The notes: generated from the sequence alone by a model not told the origin. Shown: positions 12,381 through 26,512, numbered from the stretch's first letter. The stretch: DNA of 64,000 nucleotides from Octopus sinensis (GCF_006345805.1 NC_043015.1:39928001-39992000), one strand, 5' to 3'. Made by a program: numbers and translations.

Positions 12381-12612
12381 AGGTGGCGAGCAGGCAGAAT
12401 CGTTAGCACGCTGGGCGAAATGCTTAGCAGTATTTCGTCTGCGTTACGTTGTGAATTCAAATTCTGCCAAGGTCGACTTTGCCTTTCATCCTTTCGGGGT
12501 CGATAAATTAAGTACCAGTTACGCACTGGGGTCGATGTAATCGTCTTAATACCTATGTCTGTCCTTGTTTGTCCCCTCTGCATTTAGCCCCTTGTGGGTA
12601 ATAAAGAAATAG
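12381..12612 (+). mobile_element. SINE family B
   Basis: High identity to 24941-25168. Confidence 0.8.
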
Positions 12613-14121
12613 GTATGTAATAATATATATTAACTTATGACTGTAGGCCCCTTTGAATTACCGTTACAATCCCTCCAAAGGATTCCCACACACACATTCC
12701 CCACTAGCAAAAGTACCAGCTGACTGTGGGATCAAACCTGAGGCATCCTAATTCTAAAGCAAACTTCCCAGACCCTTGACCAGGCATAATGTATCTAGGA
12801 TTACAAAGTCCAATATGTCTCTTTGAGGGAGAAATTGCTATTTTTACAAGTACAAAGCCAATGGATCAAGTAAGGGCTTCTTCGTTAGATTGTTGTAGTG
12901 TTTTTGTTGTTGTTATCATTGTTTGGTCCCATGCAAGCTATAATTGGGGAATCATTAATCAAAAGAATGTGACTAATTAATCATTCTCATGCAACACTTA
13001 AAGATCACAGATTTATGATAAATCGTGCCAGTCCAAACCGAAACCATTTCTATCTTGTTTGGAAGTAAATGAGGAATAATCACAACATTGGATGGGAATT
13101 TAGTAAATTTTGATGCTTTTTAATCATCATCATCGTTTAACGTCCGCTTTCCATGCTAGCATGGGTTGGACGGTTCGACCGGGGTCTGGGGAGCCAGGAG
13201 GCTGCACCAGGCCCAGTCTGATCTGGCAGTGTTTCTACAGCTGGATGCCCTTCCTAACGCCAACCACTCTGTGAGTGTAGTGGGTGTTTTTTACGTGCCA
13301 CCAGCACAGGTGCCAGGCGAGGCTGGCAACGGCCACGATCGGTTGGTGCTTTTTACATGCCACCATAATTTTAATTCAATAAAATTTTATCTGCATAAGA
13401 AAGATTCTTTAGTTTCTGTTACCAGTTGCATAAAAAAGAATTTACAGCAGGTATGTCAGTCATGCTCAGTCCCATAATGCACTGGAGTCATAAGGCTTTC
13501 ACCCTCAAGTAATATGTACATCAGATCTCTGATATAGGTTAGTCTAACTGACATAGCCTGCTCAATTCATTTCTCTCTTATCAATATACTACAAGATCTT
13601 AGTTACACCCCACAAAATCTTAACAGTTAGTTATATACCACAAAACTGTCAGTTATATCACACTTGATTCCCCAGAATCTTCCAGCTTTATCTCACAGAA
13701 TCTCCCAGATAAACCCTTCAATATCTCTCAACAAGATCCTGCACAGCCTCTTGGTTGATATCTAAAGGGGGGGGGAGTAGTTGAATCTAATACTTATTAG
13801 TTAAAAAAACACCCATCATTTGAACAGTGCTGACACTGACTACTTCCCACGGTCGTATTATTTACAATGAAGTGGTGAGGGACTGGGGGGCGGGGGGACA
13901 ACCATTTGATTGAGCCACGTTCAATTTGAGGCTAGGTGGACAAGAAAAATGGTGAAAACAGATCTTAGGATACTGAGCCTCACACCTGCGATGATGTGGG
14001 ACTGAGATGGATGAGAGATATGTTAAATAGCACACCTATTCAACCCATGCCACAGTGGGAAAACAGTCACTAGAACAACTCTCTTTCTCTCTCTCATATA
14101 CATATATATATATACATATCT

Positions 14122-14340
14122 TTACTCTTTTACTTGTTTCAGTCATTTGACTGCGGCCATGCTGGAGCACCGCCTTTAGTCGAGCAAATTGACCCCTGGA
14201 CTTATTCTTTGTAAGCCCAGTACTTATTCTATCGGTCTCTTCTGCCAAACCGCTAAGTGACGGGGATGTAAACACACCAGCATCGGTTGTCAAGCAATGC
14301 TAGGGAGACAAACACAGACACACAAACAAATACACACACA

Positions 14341-14388
<48 letters not shown>

Positions 14389-14562
14389 ATACATATATAC
14401 GACAGACTTCTTTCAGTTTCCGTCTACCAAATCCACTCACAAGGCATTGGTCGGCCCGGAGCTATAGCAGAAGACACTTGCCTAAGATGCCACGCAGTGG
14501 GACTGAACCCGGAACCATGTGATTGGTTAGCAAGCTACTTACCACACAGCCACTCCTGTGCC
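14122..14562 (-). mobile_element. SINE family A, full-length
   Basis: Reverse complement of the 28137-28540 copy. Confidence 0.85.
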
Positions 14563-14612
<50 letters not shown>

Positions 14613-15939
14613 CACATGTATGAGAGTACACCATGCTTTATATACACATGTATACACACACCTAATATACATCTACACACACATACATAATATATATATA
14701 TATTCCAGCCCTCACCCACCCCACACTGTAGCGCCACTTACGACTTCTTTGATGATTAAATGCTAATTATTTCCATTTATAAATGACATACTGACAAAAA
14801 GACAACTTTTTTTTACTTTTTTAAACGACAAAAGTTTAAAGAGGGAAATTTTAATTAACATAATGCAATTAAAGACAGCATCAATAACAACACAAACATC
14901 AACTTCATCTAATTGAAGAATATTTCCTCCCCTACAAACCATTTCCAACAAAATAGAATCTGCGGATCAAAGACGGAGAAGAATATAAGGATGTGGCACC
15001 GATTCTAAGGAGGGGATATGAAATTTCTCAAAACAGAATCGCATCCACTATGGCATTATTGAATCTCAGAAGATCGTCCCAGTTTTTTACAACAATTTAC
15101 TCAATTTCTGGGGTGTTTTTCGATTAATACTGAGGAAGGCAAAGTGGTTGAGTTCCTTTTGAGCGCTGGGCCTCACAGAGGCAATGACCGAGACCTTTGG
15201 CATTATGTCATGCTTGAGAAGAAGACCCATCAAGCCAAGTAAAATCACAGCCGTGGCAGATACTGGTGTCACACAAATGGCACATGTGCCAGTGACACAT
15301 AAAAGCACCCATTACACTCCCAGAATGGTTGGTGTAAGGAAGGGGCATCCACCTATAGAAAACCATGTCAAATCAGACTGGTGCAGCCTCTCAGCTTACC
15401 GGCTCTGGTCAAACCGTCCAACCCATGCCAGCATGGACAACGGACATTAAATGATGATGATGATGAAGACATGTGGAATCATGTCTTCATAGACAGACAG
15501 AAAAACGGTAATTCTAATGCAGAAGTGTCTTGTTGCAATTGTTGTTGTTTAGCCCCGGATCAGTCCTGATCATGCAGACAATCCATCTGTGACCAAGCCA
15601 CCTATTATGCAGCTGATCTTTAAGGCTTCATCACCTCATCAGTCCATCCGCTTTACATCATCACTGAGTGCGATTCGAGAGAGACTGACTGCTGTTTTTA
15701 GCAGGTAGGGCAATGATAGAGAAACTCTCAGATGTTCTTGTTGTTGTTGTTATTGTTGCTGTTGTAGTTACTACTGGTTACAGCATGGGGGGGGGGTAGA
15801 AAGTGAGAGAAAGGTGTTTCCCCCACCGGCACCACCAACCCACCGCCATTCTTACCTACTGCCCCTTGTTGCTATGGAGACAAGCTATCTATTAATAACA
15901 AGGAAGACAGAAGCTGATGAGTTGTTCAGTGTGGTAATA

Positions 15940-16200
15940 GTGTGTGTGTGTGTGTGTGTGTGAGAGTATGTGTGTGTGTGTGTGTGAGTGTGTGTATGTG
16001 TGTGTGTGTGAGTGTGTGTATGTGTGTGTGTGTGTGAGTGTGTGTGTGTGTGTGTGAGTGTGTGTGAGTGTGTGTATGTGTGTGTGTGTGTGTATGTGTG
16101 CGTGTGTGTGTGCGTATGTGTGTGTGTGTGAGCAAGTACATACACACGTGTATTTATAAACATATCTGGATGCGCATGCATGCATGTGTGTACGTATGAG

Positions 16201-16245
<45 letters not shown>

Positions 16246-16250
16246 TGTGT
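15940..16250. repeat. (TG)n-rich microsatellite
   Basis: Direct reading. Confidence 0.95.
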
Positions 16251-16501
16251 GAATGTTGATTGCTTTGATCAAAGCCTGACAGCTCCCTTATGAACATCCA
16301 CCCCTCATCTCTCACTCCCCCCCCACACACAGACGGGATGGGGGGGAGAGACTGGAGGTATGAGTATGTGTAGGGGGGTGGGGGGTAATAGAGTGAGGTG
16401 AACTGGGGAGGAGAAGTTAAAGTGCCAGGAATTAGGGAGGGGAAACCGACTGTTGCTATTGGATACCACCACCACCACTACTACTACCACTAATATTTTG
16501 T

Positions 16502-16735
16502 AAGGCGGCAAGCTGGCAGAAACGTTAGCACGCCAGGCGAAATGCTTAGCAGTATTTCGTCTGTCGTTACATTCTGAGTTCAAATTCCGCCGAGGTTGAC
16601 TTTGCCTTTCATTCTTTCAGGGTCAATTAAATAAGTACCAGTTACGCACTGGGGTCGATATAATCGACTTAATCCATTTGTCTGTCCTTGTTTGTCCTCT
16701 CTGTGTTTAGTCCCTTGTGGGTAGTAAAGAAATAA
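16502..16735 (+). mobile_element. SINE family B
   Basis: High identity to 24941-25168. Confidence 0.8.
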
Positions 16736-17024
16736 ATATTATGTGGTGAATATGTGTGTGTGCATCTTGGTGGTGGTGGCAGTGATAATCATCACCAAAA
16801 TCCAAAGATAAGACAGCAGTAGATAAGAGAGAAGCAGGTTCTTGCCCTCCTCTTTCCATTTGGTTTAAACAATTAACTCCTCTCACTTGCAATGTCCTTC
16901 AGCACACTCCACCATTATTGTCCTCTCGATGTCTCAGCCCCGTTTTCCAGCCATCAGCTTCTGATACACCATAATAAACAGTACCTTGATAAGCAGTGTT
17001 AACAGTACCCCAAGCACACCTTAA

Positions 17025-17245
17025 CCCTTTCATTACCAACCCGGCTGAAACCGGCTCTGGTTCTATAGTAGGAATGTCTTGTTTTCATAAATTTTGAATT
17101 AAAATCTTCCACCAAACCTTAGTCACAGTTTATGTTCCTAAAACTAGCTGAATGATAACGAAGTTATTTAACTAAATTCTTTGTCATATTTAAAGTAACT
17201 GAAAGAAACACAGAACATCTCAAAATAAATACAGTAACGAAAGGG
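17025..17245. mobile_element. piggyBac-type MITE
   Basis: TTAA|CCCTTTC...GAAAGGG|TTAA. Homologous full copy at 22898-23118 (opposite orientation) and a 5'-truncated copy at ~1970-2149. Confidence 0.8.
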
Positions 17246-17592
17246 TTAAAACAGTACCTCGACACACCTTAAATTAAGAGAGATAATTAGTATCTGTACT
17301 GGAACTCAGCACCCAGAACACACACAAAAAAAAAAATCAAACAGAAACAACCAAAAACTGAGAGGGGGGCCTCAGGAATTGTTAATTTGCAATTAATACC
17401 AATATTCCATGACCACCACTATCAAGTTGATTGGGAATCATTGAGCCTTGTTGAGACATCGGCACCATCATTATCATCATTGTCCCCTTGAGATGTTTTG
17501 ATCGAATTCATACTGTTCTTCATCAAAATCTTATTCCATTCGATGGTACCTATTGGTGATAAACAATCCAGGGTACCTTTTGGAATCTCTGG

Positions 17593-17937
17593 CCCCTCTC
17601 TTTGGCGCTTCTACAACGGCGCTTAAGGTGGTTCGGTCATGCGGCCCAGCGTCCAGAGGGTGAGCTGATTCGCGATGTCTTCCTCCCACCTCCACTTCCC
17701 AGCTGGCACAAACACACGGGGGGGGGGGGCAGCTGAAGACCTGGGCAACAACGATAAAGGAGGACCTTTCCGAACTATCAGGTCTGCGCAGATGGAACCG
17801 CGAATGGCTCGCTGTCTCCAGTGACCTCGCATGGGACCGTCAAGCGTGGGCTGCCATGGTTCGTGATGCTGTCAGGACCAGAGAAGAAGCCGGCTCAACC
17901 TGCCCTGGGTGAACGCCGTCACAAGTACAAGTAAGTA
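17593..17937 (+). mobile_element. RTE-clade LINE 3' fragment with (CAAGTA)n tail
   Basis: PLSLALLQRRLRWFGHAAQRPEGELIRDVFLP...GG/QLKTWATTIKEDL...DLAWDRQAWAAMVRDAV...GSTCPG*, with a frameshift in the poly-G run, followed by CAAGTACAAGTAAGTA. Confidence 0.8.
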
Positions 17938-18912
17938 GGGTACCTTTTGTGTTGTAAACAGACAGACACTGGAAGGGTTCAGCTGTGATCCAGGCTCCAG
18001 AGATGAAAAATTGGGAAGAGAAAAAAACACTTAAAAACAACACCTGAAACAGCAGACATTTGTAAACTGTGTAATCCAACCCTGAAGACCTATCTGCATT
18101 CTGATTGGTCGATCTAGTTTCACTTTGACCAGATTTTAACATGGGGCTTATCAATCCCTGTTAAATTGAGAAACTGACTGAGTGTAAGGTCTAAAATTCC
18201 TGGAATACACTCTGAGACCATTTTATTGTTGTCCCCACTGGAACAAAAGAAGGTATAGTTTCGTCATGAATACTAAGGCTCATAGGATTGGTCCCATGGT
18301 GTAATAAGCAACTGAGGTTGCAACACCCCACCACCACTTCACACACACACTTTCTGAACAGAATGCTGAATCATCCCAGGGTTAAATTCCCGGATATTGT
18401 TAGAAACTAATTTTTGTCAGCTGAGGAGACTGGAACAGCATAAAAATGAAGGTGTTTTGCTCAAAAAACACAACACTGCCTTGTTCAGAAATCGAAACCA
18501 CAATCTTCTAACCACTAAGCCATCGCATACCTTCGTGGAGGTACGTGGCCCGAGTGGAAAGACAGGTAGACACATGCCACTAAAGTCAGCCTCCCTCCAT
18601 GTGACCAATAAATATAGTTTTAAATCGACCCCTAGGGGGTAGGAAAGATAAATTTAGCTTGCAACAGATTTGATCTGGGGGATGTAAAGAAAAAAAAAAA
18701 AAAGGGAGTTGATGTCAGTACAGGAGGAGAAGGTGGAGGAAGAAGGAGAAGAAGGAAGGAGGAGAACAACAACAACAACAACAGTGTGATTAACAGATGT
18801 TAGGAATGTGGATGGCACTGAAGGAATGGTAGAAAAGACCAAAGACTTTTCAGAGATGTTGTGGTACAGGGACAGGCTTAAGTATAATCCCATACTACCA
18901 CCACTACCACTA

Positions 18913-18947
<35 letters not shown>

Positions 18948-20272
18948 ACTGCTACTACTACTACTACTACTACCACTACTACTGTTGCTGCTACGATTTT
19001 CATCAACACTCAGACATCACTCCTCAACATTAACCCCTCACCACCACCACCGATACGCATGTATCCCACAATCCCCTTCTCTTCCATCTTGCTGCACCAC
19101 CATCGCACCCTCATCTGCTCCCCCCCTTAACCCCGCTCCCCACCCCACACACAGTCAACACGTTACCTCCAGACATCCAACCGTCCCCCTCTTTCTTACC
19201 CCCCCCCCCGCATCTTTCAAGTCTCCTCCAATTCATCACCACCGCCACCATATGCACCCCATCCACCCACCCCTGTCACCCTGTGAACCACACATTAATA
19301 ATAACCAGTACAGCACACCACCACCACCACCACATCCTGAAACCTACTATCCACCCCCTCCTCCTCTCTTTTTGCAAAAGCTGATAAATTAGTCACTCCC
19401 TGGTGGAACCGAGGGGAGGGGGGAGGGTTTGGAAGTGGTGGTGGGGGGTGGAGGGGGCTCAATCTTATTTTAATGTATGCATTATATAAAAATAGAGAGC
19501 TTAGGTGAGATGGTGGTGGTGGTAGTATGAGGTGCGCCAATGTGTGTGTGTGCATATGTGGGGGAGAGGTTGCAGTAGGAGTCGTGTTGATGTCAGTATT
19601 TAGCTCATTCCCTGATCCAATGCACTCCAGCCGTGACCATCCCATCAAACAATGTATCCCATAACAGAATGTCTGACATTACATTACACAGTTACGTTGT
19701 TGCTCTGGCTGATTAACCCCAGGTTAGCAGCACTACTATGATCAAACACGCTCCAGTCATGACCATCCTGTCTGTTTTGTAGGTAGCGAGAAGCCAGGAC
19801 CTTATCCAAGGTGTGATGTGAGGGAGATTAAGCTGTTGTTTCTAACAGATATGATGACCACCACAAGGAGGGTTTCAGTAGAGTAGATAGTATAGTTGTT
19901 TTGGGGTCAGGGGAGCCGTATTCCAAACGATCTATGGTTAGAGACAATCCAACCACGACCATCCTGCCATAGCTCATACTACAAGAAGTTGTCATTCTCT
20001 TGTTTTCTACATTTGATTGGGAAGAGATTTGACTTCTATTTCTTGTAGGCCAAATAACCACATAAGGGCTTTTTTATTGATTGGTGTGTGTGTGTGTGTG
20101 AGTGTGTGCGTGTGTGCATGCAAGATGGTGATGATTGTTGACGATGATGATGGTGTTTGATCTCCTCTTCCTCTCTCTCTCTCTCTCTGTCAGTCACAAA
20201 TGAATTGCAATGTTATCATTTTAAGGGTCCTGTCAATTTTTCCAAATTATTAGCAATAATAATAATAATAAC

Positions 20273-20645
20273 AACAAGAGCATTCAGAGAGCGTAAACCT
20301 CTGCCAAGGCAATACCAGCACCTTCTCAACGATTAGCCAGAGACGATTTTTAAAATGAGAATATCTGAAATAAACTCGATTGCTCTCACAAACGAGAAAA
20401 CTAAAAATGAACCCGACCGCTCTCAAAAATTAAGTAAACAAAAAAAACAGGAAAAATAATCCAGAATCCTTGTCCGGTACCGAAGTGATCCCAGAATTTA
20501 ACCAGTTCGTGCCAGTCACAAGGACCAACACCCCTGAAAGTTTCATGCAAATCCATCCAATGGTTCTTGAGATATCTTGTCCACAGACAAACAAACAAAT
20601 ATGACTGAAAACAATACCTCCCCCTTCGCTAAGCTGGAGGTAATA
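20273..20645 (+). mobile_element. Non-autonomous Helitron/Helentron-like element
   Basis: Starts AACAAGAGC.., has an internal AAAGTTTCATGCAAATCCATCC..GGTTCTTGAGATATC..CACAGACAAACAAAC block, and ends in a 3' stem-loop TACCTCC..GGAGGTA. Family assignment from recalled motif style. Confidence 0.5.
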
Positions 20646-20860
20646 TTAAAAAGGAGGAGGATGGTTTCAAATTTTGGAACAAGGCCAGCAATTGCAAGGG
20701 TGAGGATAAATTGATTATACTGACCCCCCAGTGCTCAACTGGTACTTATTTCATTGACCCCTAAAAGGACGACAGGCAACCCCAGTAGAATTTGAACACA
20801 GAATGTAAAGCCAGACATTTTGCGTGTAGTGATTCTGCCAGTTAGCTGCCTTTTAGCAAC

Positions 20861-20894
<34 letters not shown>

Positions 20895-21527
20895 TAACCT
20901 TTTTACCCCACTCTGCTCCTGCCCTCCAAAAGGTCAACTGCTGTGACCTTTATAATACCCCACCTCCCCACTAAATGTCTCCTCACATCTTCACCATGGC
21001 TGATGGAATATATGGAACCCCAGCCACAAGTAATGAATACAACAGACATAACTTGGGAGAGATGGTGGGGAGGAGACGGGGTGGTGTATGATGATAGCAC
21101 ACAGCAGGGAATGACATATCCCTGTATATGCGTATTTATATACATACACATATATATACGCATATACAGGAATATATTATATAGACGCACACATACATAC
21201 ATAATACATACATACATACACTATACTATGCTATTGAAGGTATGCCATTTATCTGTGAGCGTAAACTTTAGTGAGCCATCCTTCTTCAATGGCAACCTAA
21301 TGTCATGCTACGCAGGATGCACCAAGCTTCAGTTTTCTTATTTGAGAAACACCAACAATATCAAAAAGGTAGGGGCTACAGCAGTCCAGCATAGAAAGAC
21401 AGACATCCTGCTTGGAACCCTATTTGCCAATAACAGACGCTTAGTGATTGACAGCTTTGAAATGCTTCAAGTTTAGAGGCAGAAAGAGGTGAAGGGTCAC
21501 TAGAAGGAACAAAATACCTAGGTCCGA

Positions 21528-21898
21528 GATGGCGAGCTGGCAGAAACGTTAGCACGTTGGGCGAAATGCTTATCGGTATTTCATCTGCTGTTATGTTCCG
21601 AGTTCAAATTCCACCAAGGTCAACTTTGCCTTTCGTCCTTTCGGAGTCGATAAATTAAGTACCAGTTACCCACTGGGGTCGATGTAATTGACTTAATCCC
21701 TTTGTCTGTCCTTATTTGTCTCCTCTATGTTTAGCCCCTTGTGGGCAATAAACAAATAAGATATCTGAGTTCATCCTTTCGGGGTCGATTAAATAAGTAC
21801 CAGTTATGCACTGGGGTCAATGTAATTGACTTAATCCGTTTGTCTGTTCTTGTTTGTCCCCTCTATGTTTAGCCCCTTGTGGGTAATAGAAAAATAAG
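21528..21898 (+). mobile_element. SINE family B with tandemly duplicated 3' half
   Basis: Full copy 21528-21760 followed by a repeat of the TTTCATCCTTTCGGGGTCG...GTGGG portion. Confidence 0.8.
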
Positions 21899-22344
21899 AT
21901 ACCTGGGCCCATCCAGGATGTCATAGGCACCATCAGTGACCTGGACAGTCGATGAGGGCTGTCACCGAGTAACAAAGCAGTAGAGTTTACTTTTGAATTT
22001 GTGTTGAATGGGAATCTTCATCAATTAATGTCCGTTTTCCATGCTGGCATGGGTTGGACGGTTTGACCAGAGCAGGTACGGCCGGAACTGCACCAGGCTC
22101 CATCGTCTGATTTGGTATGGTTTCTATGGCTGGATACCCTTCCTAATGCCAACCATTTCAGAGAATATCCTAGGTGCTTTTTACGTGACACCGGCATTGA
22201 CAGGGTCACCGAGCAACTTACAAGACAAAACTCCTTGGCTGAACAGATACAACTGGTATGTGAGGATAATGCATGTCTGTCTATATTTAGTGAGAACTGA
22301 GAAAATCAGAAAATGAAGATATAGCAGATTGCATTGCACTGACC

Positions 22345-22870
22345 CCAAAAGGGCACAACCAGCCTACCGTCATCTTTGTTGATCCTAGAGATTGAGTCTT
22401 GCATCATGCTACCTCACATCTTCCGGTAGGGCCTCAGGATCAATTTGGCCACTGACTACATCAGTGCTGGTTTCGATGGTCAAGCCCTTGATCAAGGAGG
22501 TGACCAAATGGAGGACCCTGAATCAAGGGTGTGGTCTAAGAGAGGCAACTGAATCAAAGGGTGGCCCAGGGGAAGCTGTTTGTGTTTCAGCACAATCTCC
22601 TTCTACCAGCCCATGTTCCTCGTGATCCAGAAATAATTGGTCAAGAATTGTCTGCAATCATGTCACTGCCAACACGTGCTCCCACCCCCCACCCCACTTC
22701 TGTTTTTTACTCTTTGGACTGCTACAGCTGGGGCTATGCCAAGAAAGAGAACAACCTTACATACCAAAGACTATTTGAGGATGTGTTGGGTAACAGGACA
22801 TATCTAGCACGCAGTTACAGTTGTGTCCACTGATGAGGACTGGTGGGGCCATCATTGAGGGCAGTTCTAT
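22345..22870 (+). pseudogene. Tc1/mariner-superfamily (DD37D/maT-like) transposase relic
   Basis: Frameshifted segments IMLPHIF, GLRIN, MVKPLIKEV, GKLFVFQHN..PAH and LDCYSWGY resemble the catalytic-domain motifs MPPHIF / VKPWI / YVFQQD.APAH / LDY.VWG. Confidence 0.6.
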
Positions 22871-22897
22871 TAATAACCAGTTCTTTATGATATTTAA

Positions 22898-23118
22898 CCC
22901 TTTCGTTACTGGATATATTTTGAGATGCTCTGTGTTTCTTTCAATTAGTTTTAAATATAACAAAGAATTTAGTAAAATAACTCAGTCATCATTAAGCTAG
23001 TGTTGGGAACATAAATTGTGACTAAAGTTTGGTGGAGGGTTTTGATTCAAAACTTTTGAAAACAAGACATTTTACCACAGAGCCAGAGGTGGTTTCAGCC
23101 GGGTTGGTAACGAAAGGG
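22898..23118. mobile_element. piggyBac-type MITE (same family, inverted)
   Basis: TTAA TSDs at 22894-22897 and 23119-23122; CCCTTTCGTTAC TIRs. Confidence 0.8.
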
Positions 23119-24190
23119 TTAATGGAATCTGCGCACCATTTTCTGAAAATATCTTTGTTTTCTCTTTCTATTACCTTTGGTTCTATTTCCATTTCATTTT
23201 ATTCTAAATTATCTATACACCACGTGTGTGTGTGTGTGTGTGTACGCATGTGTGTTGTATGTGTATGCATGCATCAGTTGGTTTACCTATGTAAATATGA
23301 ATCACAAACCTGTGTGTGTATGTGTGTGTGTGATGAGAATCATCAGGAATGTTGAATTAAATGGGAGGAGGAGAAAGAGGAGATAATAGGGGTAAATAAG
23401 AGAGGAGGAGGAGTTGATAGGGAGGAGTAGCTACAGAAGAGAGGAGGAGGAGTAGCTAGATAAAGGAGGGATGAGTAGGTAAATAATGATTTGACCCAAG
23501 TTTAAGGAAGTTCCCCAGAGAAAATTCCCTATTTTTTTTTTTTTGTGGGACGAGGGAATTTAGGTCAGTATGGATTTTAGGGAGCTGTTTTAAGATGGAT
23601 GACCTGATTTCCCCAGCACTGGAGGAGGGAGAAGGGCTACATATATATAAATATATACCTTTGGAATTTAGGGTAGATTTTGTAGGGTAGGGACTCTGAG
23701 TGAATGAGGGTTGGGGGTGAGATGAAATGAGGGTGATAGAGACAGGGTATTCCTAAAATAGAGATCAAAAACCATTCCCAGACTGGGGGGGGGGAGCCAC
23801 CACTTAAAGAGTGCATGGAGATTTGAAGGTGTTAAGGGAATGTGGATGAGTCTCACCCCCACCCCACACACACTCTTTCTCTCTCTCCCAGCTGCCAAGG
23901 ACCACACAAGACATTCCAACCCAGTAGAGGCAATATTTCAGGGTTCAAGTGGAGGGAGCTACTGATATTGTACAAGGGACCAATTCGATCAGTTGCTGGA
24001 GATAATTATTAATTACCGTATTTTAACGTGTATAAGGAACCCTTTTTTGACAAAAAATAGGTTAAAAAATATGGGAGTTTCTTATACATAGATACTATTA
24101 TAGACATAAATTACTTAATTCCTCAAACTTTGAATCACCATGACTTATAAGATGAAAAACCTCAGGCCAACACCCAACAGGTTGCAACGT

Positions 24191-24242
<52 letters not shown>

Positions 24243-24940
24243 ATGTTGCAACCTGTGTCCTTGTTCGTCTCCAGTCCTACCTTAATTTACTCGTTTGCCA
24301 CCACAACCTCGTTTAGGCTTAGCAGCCCTTCCTGTTTGGTTACACTGTCCTGTTTGTGTTACCTATTTTGACCCTCCACAAAATCTCAAATTTTATCATC
24401 TTTGAACACTATATCCATCATTTAATTACCTTATTGACCTTCACAATGTTCAAGTAACCAGAAAATAGAGCTGTTATTAACCCGAGTACACAACTGGTAT
24501 TGCTGTTAGTCAATATACCTCCTCTTAAACCTGGGCCTTCAAAATTCCATCCCTTAAACCTGAGCTTTGAATATCCCTTCCCTTAAACCTAGGCCTCCAA
24601 TATCCCGTCCATCCCTTAAGACTGTAATGTTATGCTAAGGTTTAACCGGTTGTAGTGGTCAAGAAACGTGAATCTTAAAACAAGCTACAATTCAAGTATT
24701 CCATCCACCCAATGGTACCTTAAATTAAGGTACACACCAAATATTCCCTCTATGGTACCCCAAAATCCATTTAGAGTATAATATTTGAAGAGCTTACTTT
24801 CAAAACCAGATCTATGCATCAGAATGACTTTTGAGTAATTGCTTAAAACAACAACTTGAATATGTCTGATTTTGACTAAGATTCACCTCCTGTCTTTATG
24901 GCATCGACCCCAGTTTGACTGCAAAACATTCCACGTGGAT

Positions 24941-25168
24941 AAGGCGGCGAGCTGGCAGAATCATTAGCATGCCAGGCGAAATGCTTAGCGGTATTTCGTC
25001 TGCTGTTACATTCTGAGTTCAAATTCTGCCGAGGTCAACTTTGCCTTTCATCCTTTCGACGCCGATAAATTAAGTACCAGTTACGCACTGGGATCGATAT
25101 AATCGACTTAACCCGTTTGTCTGTCCTTGTTTGTCCTCTCTGTGTTTAGCCCCTTGTGGGTAGTAAAG
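24941..25168 (+). mobile_element. SINE family B (tRNA-like head; B box GAGTTCAAATTC; central GACTTTGCCTTTCATCCTTTCGGGGTCGATAAATTAAGTACCAG block)
   Basis: Copies at 12381-12612, 16502-16735, 21528-21898 (tandem), 27545-27905 (tandem), 61195-61348 and 5800-6170 (both orientations). The central block resembles conserved-domain (Meta/Sauria-like) SINE cores, from memory. Confidence 0.8.
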
Positions 25169-25700
25169 CAAAAAAAAAACATTCCACTTGGAACGTAAAA
25201 AGCACCATCTGATTTTGGCTGTTGCCAGCCTCCTCCTAGACCCTGTGCCGGTGGCACGTAAAAAGCACCCACTACACTCAGGGAGTGGTTGGCGTTAGGA
25301 AGGGCATCCAGCTGTAGAAACTCTGCAAGATCAGACAGGAGCCTGGTGCAGCTTCTTGGCTTCCCAGACCCTGGTCGAACTGTCCAACCCATGCTAGCAT
25401 GGAAAACGGGCGTTAAACGATGATGACGACGCTGATGATGTGTGTGAAGTCAGCAGCTTGCAGATTGTGCATTAATGGTTATCAGAAAATCGTCCAAATA
25501 TGCAATGGAATCGGTTCTGAAAGTAAGCTTTTTCTTTCTTGTGGAATTGATGGAAACTTATCAGTTTAAAGATGAATTAGAAAAATAAAGTCTGAGGGTT
25601 TTTTTAATGAGTTTTTCTATTTCCAAACATTGTCCGGGTTCCATCAGACGACACAGGGGGACCAAGAGCCCCAAACGAAAAAACAAAGGCGGCTACTCAC

Positions 25701-25862
25701 CATCAAATTTATTTGTTCTCGATGTGAATAAAGACCGAAGCGGCTCGATAGCTTTGTGCTGGAGTGTTTGGTATTCTTTGGCACTCAGCTCCACCAGCTG
25801 ACTCTCCATTCCCTTTGTACAGCAGGTAAGTCCTCCTGACGAGCACAACTGGCCAGCATCAC
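25701..25862 (-). CDS. GPC6: Glypican (GPC4/6, dally-like type) internal coding exon, equivalent to vertebrate exon 2; 162 bp, phase 1-1
   Basis: Translates (G)DAGQLCSSGGLTCCTKGMESQLVELSAKEYQTLQHKAIEPLRSLFTSRTNKFD, matching the glypican C..G.TCC...ME...KFD segment. Acceptor ttttacctgtttcAG ends at 25863; donor GTGAGT starts at 25700. The symbol indicates the subfamily only; orthology not tested. Confidence 0.93.
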
Positions 25863-26512
25863 CTGAAACAGGTAAAACAAGATGCAATAAGAAAACAACA
25901 TCTACTCAGATATTGGAAAACTTACAATATATATATGTGTGTGTGTGTGTGAACAAAATAATGCAAAGCAAAGACAAGAGTACACAATAGGAAGGGTTAA
26001 TTAAAAACAAAGTCCTACTAACGGATTAATTAAAAATAAGGTCATGGCCCATGAGTAAATGGATGAACATCACAACTTTGTTCTCCTGCCTTTAAAATAT
26101 GAAACTGTGTGTGTGTGTGTTTGTGTAATATATTTTTTATTCTTTTCTCAAATGATCAACAGACCAATTGAATAAACCAATCAGTAACAAACCTATAATG
26201 ATTACTGGAAACAGCTGTAAGGCAAATTTACTTCATTAAAGGAAAAATATGTTATGTGTGTGTGTGTGTATCTGTAAATGTAATGTGTGACAATTATACT
26301 ATGAAAAATAGTATTTTTCCGATGGCCGGATAACTGAAGAGATGGCGGCATGGATATCCACCTCGGCATCCAAAACTCAGAGTTTCATCTTGGCTATCGA
26401 ATAATTGTCACATATTACATTTACAGATAAATTCCTCCATTTACATAACATTGAGGTCTCTCTCATTCTTTTATTGTCTTACCATTTTTATCAGTATGTA
26501 TATCAGTCTTTC

